From the NCBI GenBank assembly GCA_010093605.1, contig MU004198.1, forward strand, positions 1,180,726 through 1,244,725: a stretch of DNA of 64,000 bases. The letters are read 5' to 3'. The notes below the pieces were generated by a model, which was given only the letters and a program-made list of their open reading frames with translations, was not told the origin of the DNA and ran no database searches. Both the position numbers and the translations under genes were made by a program. Shown here one piece after another: positions 10,887-23,616 of this stretch (within the stretch, counting starts at the first letter, position 1; every line of letters begins with the position of its first letter). The DNA comes from Lophium mytilinum. Taxonomy: Eukaryota.

Positions 10887-13761
10887 TCATATCGTCAGGT
10901 CGTCGTCGCTGTCTTCATCAGACCAAAAGACTTCTTCCAGCTCGGATTTGTCGACGTCGTCTTCGGGATTAGAACTCAATGGCGAACGCCAGATCGGTGG
11001 GTCGTGAAAGTAAGGGCATTGGTCTTCTCGTCCTTTCCAGAGCCGTTCGAAATCTTCCCGTGTATAATCCCGAAAATCCCGAAAATCCCCATACTGAGGC
11101 GTTCGAGGATATCCTTTCCGCAATTTGCATATATCGAAGCCACAATAGGAGAGCACGGCGTCCCAGAGATCTCCTCGATAGCCCCCTACGTCCTCATTGG
11201 TGCGGGTATACGCGTCGTGAGAAATTGAGTGACCAAAGCTGTCCTTCGAAAAGATGTCTGCTCCTCTCTGAATCAAAAAATTGGGAGCAGAGTACTCTAC
11301 TTCATACCATGGACGGTCAACGCCGAGGATAGCAAGATGAAGACATGTTCTTCCATCAACGTCGCGGGCGTGTATGTTAGAGCCTGCGTCAAGCAGGAAC
11401 TTGAATCTGTGCGGATCATACTCCCCTTTCGCGAGCTCAAGTAAGGGGTTCGGATCTTCGTAGGATGTCGGGTTCAAGTCTATGAACGGCCTCGCAAGAT
11501 GAAATGTCATTTTGAGTTTCTCCTACTTTCATTAGCAGACGCAAACGTGGATCAAGGTACAATGAAGTACTAGGCGTGAATTGAAAAACGATGGCCAAAT
11601 TTTGACCTCCTCAGTCCTTCTATCACCATAACGGTATGCCATAGGAGTGGAAGGGTCGGCACCAGCATACAACAGCAGTCGATCACAATCGAGATCTTGG
11701 TCGTTTTGCCGAAAAGAGAATGCTAATCTGTACTAATAGTTATTAAAGAGCTTTGTTACAGTGTCTCGTCATTAAGGTTCGCACGATTTCCTGCCACTAC
11801 TTGTGGTACCTCGTGGTACTTTCAGGTTTCGGGGATCTACTTCTAATTTGCGTGCACCCTTTTGACTTTCTTGGTGTGGCCCACTGGCTCTAGCCCAAGG
11901 TTGAGCTTCGACGTGATTCGCAATTCTAGAACTACCTTGAAGCACCACAAGCAAGGATAAGAAATCTTTTGAGATCCCATGTCGAGACATCGCAAAGGTC
12001 AGAATGAATACAACATACTCGAAAAACTTTCTATTCTGCACACTACGGGCCATCTCATCAACATCTGCCCCGTTCTCGAGAAGGAATCTGCACATGCTAG
12101 GTTGTTTCATTGCATACTATGTCATATAAGTACACAAAGCCAGTGCAAAATGATTCAAGACTTACATGCAGCAAAGGAGTTCCCCAAGAGTCCTTATCTC
12201 TCAACGTTGCTTCCCCACGTGAGAGAAGCTGCTGAAGCGCTTCAACATTACCATTCTCGACGATAGAGAAAATAGGAGAATCATCTGGTAGGGTCTTTCC
12301 AACGGAGACAAAAGGATTTCGGCAGGAAAATCCGGTGGAGAGTTGAAACTGGCGAATTTGGGCAACAAGGACGTTGTTGAGATCCCTGTGTCTCACGAAC
12401 GCCTTGACTCGTGTGATAGTCTCTATCATATCCGTTTTTTTGGTACTATCACTATCACTGTCACGCTCGAATGTGATGCGCCGTTCCGTTATCGAAATTT
12501 TTGCTTTGTAGAAGCTAGTCGAAACGTCCAAGTCTCCGCGTTTTTGGGTGACCTTTTTTACCTCCGCGAGAGACGTCTGCGGGACTTTTCGCTCGTCAGT
12601 GTATGCTCTGAAATTACTAGTGAGTCAGCTGAACCACTTGCAAGCTTGATTTACATCTACACTCTGCGATGCGGTAACAATGCCGCATAAACGTTTCAAC
12701 ACTCTGTCGTTCAGCTCGTATGTATCTGTGGAGTCAACCTTCCGTTTTCCTAGCTTACGGCGCCCTGAATGCTGATGCAATGTTGATATTGATTCGAGAA
12801 GGAGGTGAAGGTCGTTGATGATGCCATCCGCTTCCTCATTGTGCCAAGTTCGGCCTTCTCCGAAATCAAGCTGGCATAAGCGTGTCAAGCTCTCGTGCAG
12901 CTTGGGATATTCATCAGTAAATCGCTCGTCATCGACGTCTCCCGAGGAGTGCCTTCGCGGCGACGAGGATCGTTGTGCAACGTTGGACTGGGTTGAAGAG
13001 CCGGAAATTTGAGCCTGGATAGCCTTCAGCAGCGTGAAGATGTCTTCACTTTGGGTCTCTAGTCTAGAAGGCGCATTCTCCAGTTTCTGTGCAATTGAGG
13101 TCACTGTGTCCCGTATGTGATCAATCGTTGAAGTTTTGAAACCCTGCAGGTTGTTATTGATGGTGGATACGTCTTCGGTCCGCTGGAGTAGGAGGGTGGT
13201 CTGTCTTTGGTCGTGGACGGCTTGATCGGAAAAAGCACTTTGAAGCTTAACAATTTTGTCTTTACATAGAGATGTAGTGTTTCTTTAACAGTGTTGAGAT
13301 GATCAGCGTTCGTTGGAGCATTTCTAACGTAAGGGCCCTCACGATTGTAGAAGACTCAGCTGAACCCCAAGCACTGTACAGTGGTGGTTCACTTCCTGCC
13401 ACACTTGCTTGACATCATCCTTCTTCAAGACTGTCTTGAGCCTTTTCCAACTTTGCTTGACTTTTGTGTCCGTGGGAATGATCTGTATGCTGTCAATGCT
13501 CTTTCGGTAGCGCTGTACATCTCGACTGCACGCCTGGATAAGGCTAGTAACATTCTGTAGATCAGCGTCGGGATCTGCCAATGCCCTACACAATTCCAGT
13601 TGCGTCAAAACAGATCTCAGGTCTGCGACAGCTGAAGCCAGCGACTTGATCCGCTGCGGCGCGTCTTTGACGCCACTAATGCTCTCGTAGAGAACTTTGG
13701 TACCCTGCAGCGCGAACCCGACGATAGCAAGAACACTGGCACCCGCACTAACAGGATCCAT
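10887..13761 (-). CDS. Fungal N-terminal HeLo-like domain plus ankyrin-repeat protein (multi-exon; internal exon structure uncertain)
   Basis: N-terminus MDPVSAGASVLAIVGFALQGTKVLYESISGVKDAPQRIKSL..SWKRLKTVLK is typical of HeLo-like/STAND N-terminal domains. Ankyrin motifs GNVEALQQLLSRG, DSWGTPLLH, FLLENGADVD, DGRTCLHLA, LIQRGADI. First intron 13342-13283 checked in frame. Confidence 0.7.
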
Positions 13762-14415
13762 TCTCAAGGTAGCAGCAGAGGAAGATGGGCCAGAGAGATG
13801 GCTTATTGAAGTAGCATGACGAAGAAGACTGATGATGATGGAAAAAAGACGGGCGAAGACGAGGCAGTGATAACGAGCCAGCACAGCCCTGACTTCGGGT
13901 GGCGGCTGTGTAGAAAGATACTGACCAGTGCCCTCGCTGCATGATCTGGCGGTGTCGCCCTGACGGACGTTGTGATAGGATGTGTACGAGGGCGCCTTGT
14001 TGCCTTCCTGTTTTTCCCTTGGCGTTGCCGCCTGAGGTGTCGTCCCACAACTCCGGTTTTCTCCCTGCACACCGCCATCTCCATGCTCGTCTCAACCTTC
14101 GACTTTCCATCAATTAGTATTGTAAGTCCATCCCTTTGTGAAATGGAACACTGTTGCACCTTTGAGAATGATGTTTCGCTCGTTTTCGATGCTTTTGTGG
14201 TTCAAATAGGTGTCTCTATCGTGCAAATTCTAGTTCTGTCAATTCGTATACTTTCAAACTATTTGCATTGGTATCGACATTACCCCAGCCTCTTTCTACA
14301 CTTCTTCATCGTCCTGTCCTACGGCATTACCTCGTAAATGGAAGTTCTAGAAAACGGTATACGCCGGAAACCAAGGACCTAATATCTACGCGCAACATAA
14401 CCGCAAGCATTACCA

Positions 14416-16297
14416 TCAAACGCTCTTCGTAGTCACTTCAAAGAGTCCTCCCTTCTCTTCAGATCCCGAATCATGATCGAAACTCGTTCGCTTTTCACAC
14501 TCGGCCGCCCACTCCGCCTGGCTTAAGAACGCAGCGCGAGCCTTAGTGTCTTCAGCCTCTGCCACCTTCCATTGCTTCACGACTTGCATCCTCTTCGCCT
14601 CACTCCGGATTTCAAAGGCCATTTCAAACGGATCTGGCTTCACGATCAGGAGCGAGTTTGACTTTTCGAGCGGAACCTCGATTTCTTCGCCGGTTACAGG
14701 GTCGATTTTACGCTTGAGGTTGAACGCCCAAGCCAAGCCGCCAGCAGCGAGTAGCATCTCGTCTTGCGTGATGGACATGCCGAGACATTGTCGCTGGCCC
14801 CATCCAAAAGACGTCATTCCTTTGATACTGGGATACTTCGTCAAGGGAACTTGGAACGTAGGCCAGGAAGGTTCAAGCCAGCGTTCAGGACGGAAGCTGT
14901 ACGGATCTGGATATTTAACGGGATTGCGTAGAAAGGCAAAGTCGAGAGGAAGAATACGAGTCCCCTTGGGAATGAACATGCCGTTGAAGGAATCGTCGGC
15001 TTCGAGTTCGTGGGCGACGCCTGCGGGCTTTTGTCAGTGGCAGGAAACTTAGGACGAGGGCGAGTACTGCTTACCTGTAGGCACATTCGGCTTCCAACGC
15101 ATAGCCTCCTTGATGCACGCACGAAGCGTCGGCAGATTCGGGGAGTCGTTCAGCGTAGGCATACGGTCGCCACAAGCGTGTTCAATCTCCCTCTGGCATT
15201 TTTCGAGCCACTCCGGGTGATGGACCATACACACCAGGAAGTAGTATAGGGGGCCAGCCACAGTGAAGATGCCTACGAGAGCCATCATTCCGATGACCGA
15301 CGACGCTTCGTAATCGTTAGAGATGTTACTCTTACGGCCCATGTCTGCGGCGTCGAGGAATTGTCGTGTGAAGCAGGGACGCTGCTTCCCCTCTGCCATC
15401 TTCTGTTTCGTCTCCTGGAACCGGGCCATCCACCACTCCTGTTGTTCATCGTGTCGTTTCCTTTCAGCGATTTTCCAAGGGTTCATAAAGACCGGAAGAT
15501 GCCACAATGGCGTCAGCACATTAGTGATTGGGCCCGCCGGGGACATCTGAGTGAGCAGCCCCCATGCGCTCTTAGTGCAATAGGCGCTCAAACTAGGATC
15601 GTCCCAGGTAAGCTGGCACATGACCTTGGACGCCATGTCTTCGAGGGAGAAAGCGAAGTTGTCTGGTTCGTTCAGAAGATTGTAAAGCCACCGCTTCACT
15701 TCGAAGTCCATCACCCCGTAATAGTGTGCGTTGCTGGCTTCAGTAAGGTAGGAGTGAGTGAACTTCCGTTGACGAGCCCAGTATTCTGAGAAGAAATGTT
15801 AGTGTGTGTATAAGGCCGGCAAGGGTTTATCTTTGATAAATGAGAGATGAAGAGAGACAGAGTTTTAGAAACCCCCATAGTGAGTACAGCAGGAGAGAAG
15901 TCTACTTACGATTTTTACCCATCAAGGGAAGATACTCCATCGAACCATGCGTACTCTTCGAATCAAACAACGACCGTATTACGGGACGATCCGAATATAT
16001 CTTAGCGCGCTTGACCAGCAGCTCCTCGGCCATTTTCTCGTCCGAAACGATAACGAAGTTCGCACCGAGCATCTTCGTGCGATAGATAGGTCCGTATACG
16101 TCGGACCATTCCTTAAACTTCAACCACATGAAGTTGATTGGGAGATCGTGGACTCGACCAACCCAAGGAATCAACCAAGGTCCTGGCATTCCTTGAACGT
16201 TAAACTTGGCATTGCGACGGGCGAGTGCTTCGGAGATGGCGTAGAGGGCAACGCTGAAGATTGCAATTGCTAAAACGAGGACTGTGACGGGATGCAT
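14416..16297 (-). CDS. Cytochrome P450; exons 16297-15910, 15785-15075, 15020-14416
   Basis: N-terminal membrane anchor followed by MPGPWLIPWVG; ExxR (KEAMR); PERW; heme motif FGWGQRQCLG. Two canonical introns preserve frame. Confidence 0.95.
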
Positions 16298-18098
16298 GGC
16301 TTCGGTAGGTGATTTATCACGTGTCCGGTTGAAACAAGGAGGTGATGTAGCGAGCGTATGCTAAGGAGTAGCAGTTGACGTATAAAGAGTTTCAAACGAG
16401 GCAGAAGTGTCAAACTGCCGCGTAGCGATTGTCGAGGAGCAGAGAGTGAGTGAGGATACACTCAATAGATCGAAGTGGAAATATGGTATGTGACTTCTCA
16501 GCAGTAAACAAGGTCCGCGAAATTTCTAAAAGCGGACAAATGGTAGCCCGATAGTGCAAGAGGTTTTCTGGGGCTTCAAGGGGTCTTCAGGCGTCCAGGT
16601 CTTCAAGTACACTCGCTGCACAGGGATATCATCAGACGATCATTCCACGAGCAAGTTTCGGCCTATCTCTGACACCCTCGATAAACACTAATCCAACAAT
16701 CAAGTTGCGATCGAAGACCCTATCTTCCCGCATTAGAGTGGTATTCAAGATCTTTGACAGGGACTTTCGGGAATACCACCTGGGTGTAGAGGCCAGTGGC
16801 AAGGCTCGGTGCGGGTGGCTTGTGGATGGGCTGAACAGCGCACAAGGTACATTGTCCTGGCATCGAAAGAGTATCAAATGGCGAGACAAACGACGTAAGG
16901 CCAATGAAAGAGGCGGAAGTATGGCCATGAAGCTTTCACAGGGGTAGAGCTAGTGATGGCAGTCGGTCCTAGCTTCGAGCGGTCGTGATAACGAACTGTT
17001 TCCAGTCTTGGACCGTTGACGACAACGTCTCAAGGCCGGGGCAAGGCTTTGCAAAAGCTCACAGGGGTGCCGACAACGCTGTCACCCACTTTCGTGTGCT
17101 GAGCCTGGTGAATTGGGCTAGCTCATGTTTCCCCTCTCGACATCTGCCAGGTATCATGCTCCCGTTCTTTGGAATAGCTTCTAACAACTCAGCGACTTGC
17201 CTATCACACCTCTCTCTGGTAGGTTGACAAAATCGCACTCGGGCGACACCACATGGCAGCCTTGCGTCTGACCAACATCCTAGCCGTCTCCTTACGCGAT
17301 AAACGTGGTTAGGCTGAAAGCTTCCGCAGTATCGGCTTCCGGACATTTCTGTTGCTTCCAAGCGAAAGCCGATCTGTACCCCATGTGGCGCTTTCCAGGG
17401 CAGTTGTTACCAAGCAACATGCAGATGTAGGGTTCCGTCTCCCTCGTGAGCTTCATGACATGACGTTGGTGGTTCACAATGCTGGCGACATCTCATCCAG
17501 GACAGCCCTGGGGCCGTCCGCAACCCCACCCCGGTGCAGATACACTAATGCAATCAAAACACCCTAGAATAATTCCCGACGGCATCTGGGCCACTCGGGC
17601 TGGTCCGCGTCGATTGTGTGGATCCGTGGTAGCATCTCTCGCCTAAAGAGCTAGCTTCTTGATATGACCCCAACACCAACACCCCTCTCTATGACTCCAT
17701 CATCGGCCCAAAAAATGCAGCAGTTGACAAATCATGTCTATTGAGGGCATGGGTATCTGATTCGATTGTTGCTATCTAGCCGTGAGAAACTCGGGTACCT
17801 GCCGTCTCGCGCTCTTGCTGGGAAACAACAAACAACCGGCTACCAGTTGCCTCTCCTAAGGGGAACGGCACCCCACCGCAGACCCCGTGGGTATTCAGCT
17901 GAATTCACCGACCCGCCGACCGTCAGCGGATTCCAAGTAGTCAATGCAGCCCGCAAGAAGCACAGCGTCAGAGCACAATCTTTAACTGATTCCTCGGGTC
18001 TACTTCATTCGCGTGCTGTCCGCAAGACTAACGTTGACAACACCGCTCACTTTTCAACACTCATCAATAATACACCTACGGTACTACAGGCAGGCACG

Positions 18099-19807
18099 AT
18101 GCCGCACTCACTCACCAGCGAAGAATCGACAATGCCTTCCAAACCAGTTGGCGAGTACCCGAAGACTGGGATCGATGTCTTGGTCATCGGTACGGGCCTG
18201 GCAGGTCTGACGGCCGCGATTGAATGCGTTCGCAAAGGCCATAGTGTTAGAGTCCTTGAGCGCAATGCCACTATCAATACTGCTGGTACGTGTCTCTAGC
18301 AAAAGACTCTTACCTTCACACTCGAACATCATTTAATGTGTTTGCAGGTGACATGTATTTCATGGGCCTAAGCGCCACCCGCTTCTTCAAGCATTGGCCA
18401 GAACTCGCAAAGGAATACGATGAGATCTCCCTCCACAATGCTTGGATTGAGACTTTCAAGCATACCGGCGAGGTCGTGATCACCCCGAAGAAGGTCGCGG
18501 ATAGGCTCAAGGCGGATGGCCTGGATCCCAAGACTCCTCCGGGCACTTTCCAGATGCGGCCGCTTATTTACAAGATGTTTGTGCGCCAGCTTGAGCGACT
18601 GAACATCCCTATAGAGTTCAATCGCCGCGTGGTTGACTATTTCGAGGATGAGAAGACCGGCAAGGGTGGCTGTGTCACCGAAGACGGAAAGCGTTACGAA
18701 GCTGATGTCGTGATCGCCGCTGATGGTGTGGGCTCGAAGTCCCAGAAACTCGTTGGTGGTCAAGTTCGTGCGAGGTCGTCTGGTCGAGCTATGTGGCGTG
18801 CCGCGTTCCCCATTGAGCACTTGGACCAGAACCCGGAGGTGAAGGAGTTCTTCAAAATGATGCCTGGCAACGAGCCAATCGTGCGGACATGGCTAGGGTG
18901 AGTGGACAAACCTCCAAACATCACGGTAGCCAATACTGACACCCAGAAGCCCCTCTACATATGCCTTAACGCTCACTCGTGAAGATGTGATGGTTTGGAT
19001 TGTTAACCACGACGTGAGCCTCCCAATTCCTGCTTCCGATAATTAGCGCTAACATCTCAGGTCACGGGAACCGAAGCTGAGAGCTGGAACCACACGATCG
19101 ACAAGCAAGAAGTTCTCGACGGCTTAGACAAGATGCCTGGCATGGAGAAGCACAAGTGGGCTCCCATCTTCAAGGACCTCGTCAACTGCACTCCTCCAGA
19201 CACCATCATCAACTTCGAGCTCCTTTGGCGTAACCCCCAGCCGAAATGGTGCTCTCCCGGCGCCCGTGTGATCCAGATCGGGGATAGCGCGCACTCCTAC
19301 CTCCCCGCGTCCGGAAACGGTGCCACGCAGGCGATCGAAGATGCAATCTCTCTTGCCTCGTGCCTCCAGGTCGGTGGGACTGAGAACGTGCCGGACTCCG
19401 TCCGCGCACATATCCGATTCCGGTAAGTCTTCTTCCCAATGTTGCCGTTGTCCGTTGTTACTCATGTGTACTGTAGTTTCATCCGCAACTCTTGTGCTCA
19501 GAAACTAGGGTTCTCCAACGCCGAGCTGCTCCAAGACACGGATTGGGATAAGGTGAAGCTGAACCCCCGCCGCGCAGCTCCTCGTCTGCCAAAGTGGGTT
19601 TGGGAGCATGATCCCGAGGCGTACGCGCACGAGAACTATGCCCAGTGCGTGAAGAGCATCAAGGCAGATGTCCCGATGGAGAATGAGACCTCGTTCCCGC
19701 CGAATTATCCCAAGGGCTATACGTATAAGCCTTGGAACATCGAAGATATCATGGAGGATATGAGGAATGGAAAGGAGATCGACCTGGGTCCGGGTGATTG
19801 GAACTAG
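18099..19807 (+). CDS. FAD-dependent aromatic monooxygenase (group A; MAK1/salicylate-hydroxylase-like); 5 exons
   Basis: GxGxxG (VIGTGLAGL), DG motif (VIAADGVGS), GD motif (QIGDSAHSYLPASGNGATQAIED). Introns 18286-18347, 18898-18949, 19014-19060, 19423-19476. Alternative start at 18132. Confidence 0.92.
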
Positions 19808-20421
19808 ACTAGGTGATGGGCGTGTAGAAGATAGGCGACAGCTTAGACATTGCTTAGTGAAGCCATTGGAGTTTATGGTCTCTTGATGTAGAGAGTAATG
19901 CTTCAAAAACTTGGTGTTCGTAAAGTCGTACATGTACGGGTTCAAAGTTGATAGATTAGACATGTGATGACGACACCATTGCCTGATCTGCTCCTCATGG
20001 CCTAACCTTGTAGGATAACGCCAATGGTCGAGATAACAGCCTCTGTGGGCTTTCAAGGGGCGGTGGATGGCAGCTCTTCGAAGGCAGCTTTGGTGATCCG
20101 TAGTAAAGACAGCTTATTTCTGTAGTTCTAGGGAAAGAGACCCACTAATGTTTGCTTCAACAACAAACAACGTTAATGCTACAGCAAGCTCAAGGTTTGC
20201 TTATATTTAGGTCTGGATAACGAAACGAGATACTATTAATGAAAGAGAATGTCTAGGATCGACTTTTATCGAACGTGGTACGCGTTGTCCCAGTACCAGC
20301 GCTGAAGGTTTCGTTCCGAACCATGTGTGCGGCCGCCTATATAATTATAGAACGCCTTACGGCTACAGCCTCATCCCTTCATCGCTACCGTATTCCCATT
20401 GCTCTTCAACGGATCAACCCA

Positions 20422-21393
20422 CTACTCTTCCCTCTCCACAAACGCGCTTCTCTCCCTCAACCAAGTCTCGAAATTCATCACCCCCTCCTTGCTATTCAAA
20501 TCCTCAACATCAACGCCATACCCATCCGTCGCGAACCACGTAACCATCAAGTTAACCTCCTTCACCAACCGCATCAGCACGCTCCCAAGCACCCAATACG
20601 TCGCCGGCGCCGCACTCCCCGTCGCCTTCTTGAACGTAGCATCCAACTCCGCAAACGTCAACTTCGACCCCGCAATCCCAATCGCGGTGCAGAAATACCG
20701 CGGATCCGTCGGCGCCGCAAACGCCTTCTGCGCAAACCGCCCAATATCAACCACACTAACCCACTCATTCGGCTTCTCGCGCATGGTATCGCGCATCGCG
20801 GCCAAGAACACCTTCGTCGGCATGCCCGGGACCAGATTCTCCATGAACGCAACCGGACGCAGCACCGTCCAGCTCATCTTCGCGCCCTTGGCGCCAGCCG
20901 TGTCGCGTAGGTGGTGCTCGATGCGGTGCTTGCTCTGGAAATGCGGGATCGGGGTCTCGACGTCCCAGGAGGATTTGTCGCCGCCGCGGTCGACGGAGCT
21001 GTAGACGAGGTGTTTCACGCCGCGCGCGATGCTCTCGTTGATGAGGTTTTTGCCTTGTGCGACTTCGCTTTCGAAGGTTACGCCGGCGCCCATGGAGATT
21101 TGGACGGAGTAGACGCCCCAGATTTTGGTGGTGGCGTTTCCGGATTGTTCGAGGACTTTTTCGGCTTCGTTAAAGATCTCGGGGATTGCGTTGAGGTCGC
21201 CTTGGACGAGGTGGAGGCCTGGGTATTGCTTTTCGAGCTTCTGGGCGGAAGGAGAGGAGACATTGCGAGTGACTGCTAAGAGTAGGAATTTCTTCTCGGA
21301 GCGTGAAGCGTCTTCGGCGTGTAGGGCGGCGATCACGGCTGATCCCTGATTGCCAGTTGCGCCAGTGATGAGAATGGGTTTTGGGGACGCCAT
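20422..21393 (-). CDS. NmrA-like atypical NAD(P)-binding SDR protein
   Basis: ILITGATGNQG Rossmann motif; VKHLVYSSVDRGG, PIPHFQSKHRIE, WTVLRPVAFMEN. Intronless. Confidence 0.9.
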   Translation of the reverse strand: MASPKPILITGATGNQGSAVIAALHAEDASRSEKKFLLLAVTRNVSSPSAQKLEKQYPGLHLVQGDLNAIPEIFNEAEKVLEQSGNATTKIWGVYSVQISMGAGVTFESEVAQGKNLINESIARGVKHLVYSSVDRGGDKSSWDVETPIPHFQSKHRIEHHLRDTAGAKGAKMSWTVLRPVAFMENLVPGMPTKVFLAAMRDTMREKPNEWVSVVDIGRFAQKAFAAPTDPRYFCTAIGIAGSKLTFAELDATFKKATGSAAPATYWVLGSVLMRLVKEVNLMVTWFATDGYGVDVEDLNSKEGVMNFETWLRERSAFVEREE

Positions 21394-22545
21394 GATTGAG
21401 GTTGGGAGACGACGGAAAGAGCTGGAAGCAGTGATAAGGTGTACTTTTGGACGGGAGAGCTCATCGTAAGACATTCAAGGGTAGGTATGCAGTAAGTCGT
21501 ACGCCACTGATGCTTTCGTGCGTTCATGCACGCGTCGAGCTGTCAAAGTTTACTCGGGCGTACGGCATATTGCGTGCCGTTCGGAGATGTTGTCTGTCCC
21601 TCATGGCCAACAGCTGTCAAAAGCTACTCAGGGTAAGCGTTTCTCCATTTTTCCTATCATTTCTCCTGCTTCGTACATAGTAAGGTTGCGCCATTTCTAA
21701 GAAGGTGAATACGCTATTTCTCTAGCAAGCTTACTGCAAGCTTGGAAAGCATTACAGCCTCGAAGCCTGCAGTAGATACGCCGGTCTCTCGAATTGCCCG
21801 GAGCACCGACAGGTACGGCTGCAGTTACACCCTTGTACATATGGCAGTTCCCGGGGCAGCCGGGCGGCCATGCTGTGGCCGCTAGCTAGGCACGTGCCAA
21901 TGGCATCTCAGGTGCATTGCATAGCGCCCACTCAAGCCTCTAGTAGGGTCAAGGTATATCGACGAGTTCTGGCTTTTCATAGCTCTCAGACTCTCGACCA
22001 TCTCCTAACCCATGTCGAGGCCTTCACAGGCCGTTTGAACTCGCGGTATGTGGTTTCCCGAAAGCAGTCCATAATCCACCGTTCTATCATTGCTCTTTCT
22101 GAAGAGATTAAGATTTATTCACTGTAATGCCACTCAACGCCTCATTCACACTGAATCGGGGTCCAAGTGGCATCGAAAAATTACAGCGTTTCAACCGTTT
22201 ACATCTGGCCTACCCCAGGTGGGTCGTGACGTTCACGATCCAATTTAGCGAGGCACTAGGGCTGCATACCCGCCGCTAGGCGAGCATGCTAACTCCAATC
22301 CAGACTACTACTTCTAGTACACCTTTTTGATGCACACCAGGCACACCAGCCAGCATCCCGCATTGAGCCGTCGTCGGCCAAATAACCTCCCGCATAATCA
22401 GGCCCATCATCCTTGACACCCAGCCTACCTTAACCGCAACCGTGGTGGAGAACCGAAAGCTGCATGCGTGGACGTAGCAGTAGCCCAAGAATCATTCACC
22501 CAATTCCGGACAGCTCATAGCAACTAGTCATCGGAGACTCGGCGT

Positions 22546-22577
22546 CAGCACCAGCACCAGCACCAGCACCAACACCA
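22546..22577. repeat. (CAGCAC)n hexamer microsatellite
   Basis: cagcaccagcaccagcaccagcaccaacacc upstream of the SnoaL-like gene. Confidence 0.7.
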
Positions 22578-22677
22578 CCCACCATCTACCCACCAAACCC
22601 CATCTCAGTATTCGTACACCCTTCGTACATACATAGGTCGTACATATATATTACCAAACACCACCAAAGCACTAGCA

Positions 22678-23301
22678 ATGGCGAAAGCAGACAACATCAC
22701 ACAAAGTACCACCACAACAACCATCGAGAACTCCCTCTCTGCCGCCACTGCGAACATGACCATCGCCACTCCCACCAGCAACGGCCACACATCTACACCG
22801 TCGAAACTCGACAAACCAGCGTCTACTACAGCTCCTACGGCACCCCCAACTTCAGCACTCACCCAAGCCGCCCTAGACTTCCTCAAAGATTTCTCTACCC
22901 TCTCACCCGCCATCATCACATCCCACTGCACGCCGGACTTCACGCACTCCATCTCGCCCGCCTCGCTTGCGCTGCCCTCGCGGAATCTGGAAGAGTTCAA
23001 GACGCACTCGGCCCGCGTGTACTCACTATTCTCGACGTGGGAGATCGTGCCGGACACCGTCTTCGAGGATGTTGGGAAGAGCACGGTCGTGGCGCATGCC
23101 AAGATGGGGGGGAAGGTGAAGGGGCGCGCGCTAGGGGACGTGGACTTCTGGAAGAACGAGGCAGTGTTCTGGATCGAGATGGGGGAGGTTGAGGGGAGGT
23201 GGATGGTCAAGGCGGTCAGAGAGTTTGTGGATAGCAAGCTCGGGGAGGAGCTGAGGAGGAGGTTGACTGGGACAGCCAAGGAGAGGACGTTGGAGGAGTA
23301 G
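22678..23301 (+). CDS. SnoaL/NTF2-like fold protein (AusH/Trt14-like small tailoring protein)
   Basis: Low-complexity T/S N-terminus, then FTHSISPASL..VVAHAK..WKNEAVFWI..VKAVREFVDS, a pattern seen in fungal NTF2-like proteins. Confidence 0.7.
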   Translation: MAKADNITQSTTTTTIENSLSAATANMTIATPTSNGHTSTPSKLDKPASTTAPTAPPTSALTQAALDFLKDFSTLSPAIITSHCTPDFTHSISPASLALPSRNLEEFKTHSARVYSLFSTWEIVPDTVFEDVGKSTVVAHAKMGGKVKGRALGDVDFWKNEAVFWIEMGEVEGRWMVKAVREFVDSKLGEELRRRLTGTAKERTLEE

Positions 23302-23616
23302 GGGAATGGGGTGGTGTTGATGGGATTGGGGATGCCCGGTAGACTCGAGGGGCTAGATGGGGTTGGATTAATGGGGTAGATGATGGTCTGGATTATGGTC
23401 CAGGATTAATGGTATGATGATCAGTTATAGACATTTGCAACTGATTGGGTAGTTATATACGACTGAGATGGTTTCTTACCCTCAAAGAATGGATAATCAC
23501 ACACTACCTAAACATTCATCGACTCAATTCGTCCATAACACACCTACGAACAATCTTTGCTCAATCCGCTACACTTCTTCTCTTCTGACTTCCAGTACTC
23601 TCAAATCCCCCCACAT

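Noticed and set aside
17900..17930. CCG cluster as an Aro80 binding site in the P450/monooxygenase promoter
   Set aside because: Spacing does not match the yeast CCG-N7-CCG repeat, so there is no support for direct regulation.
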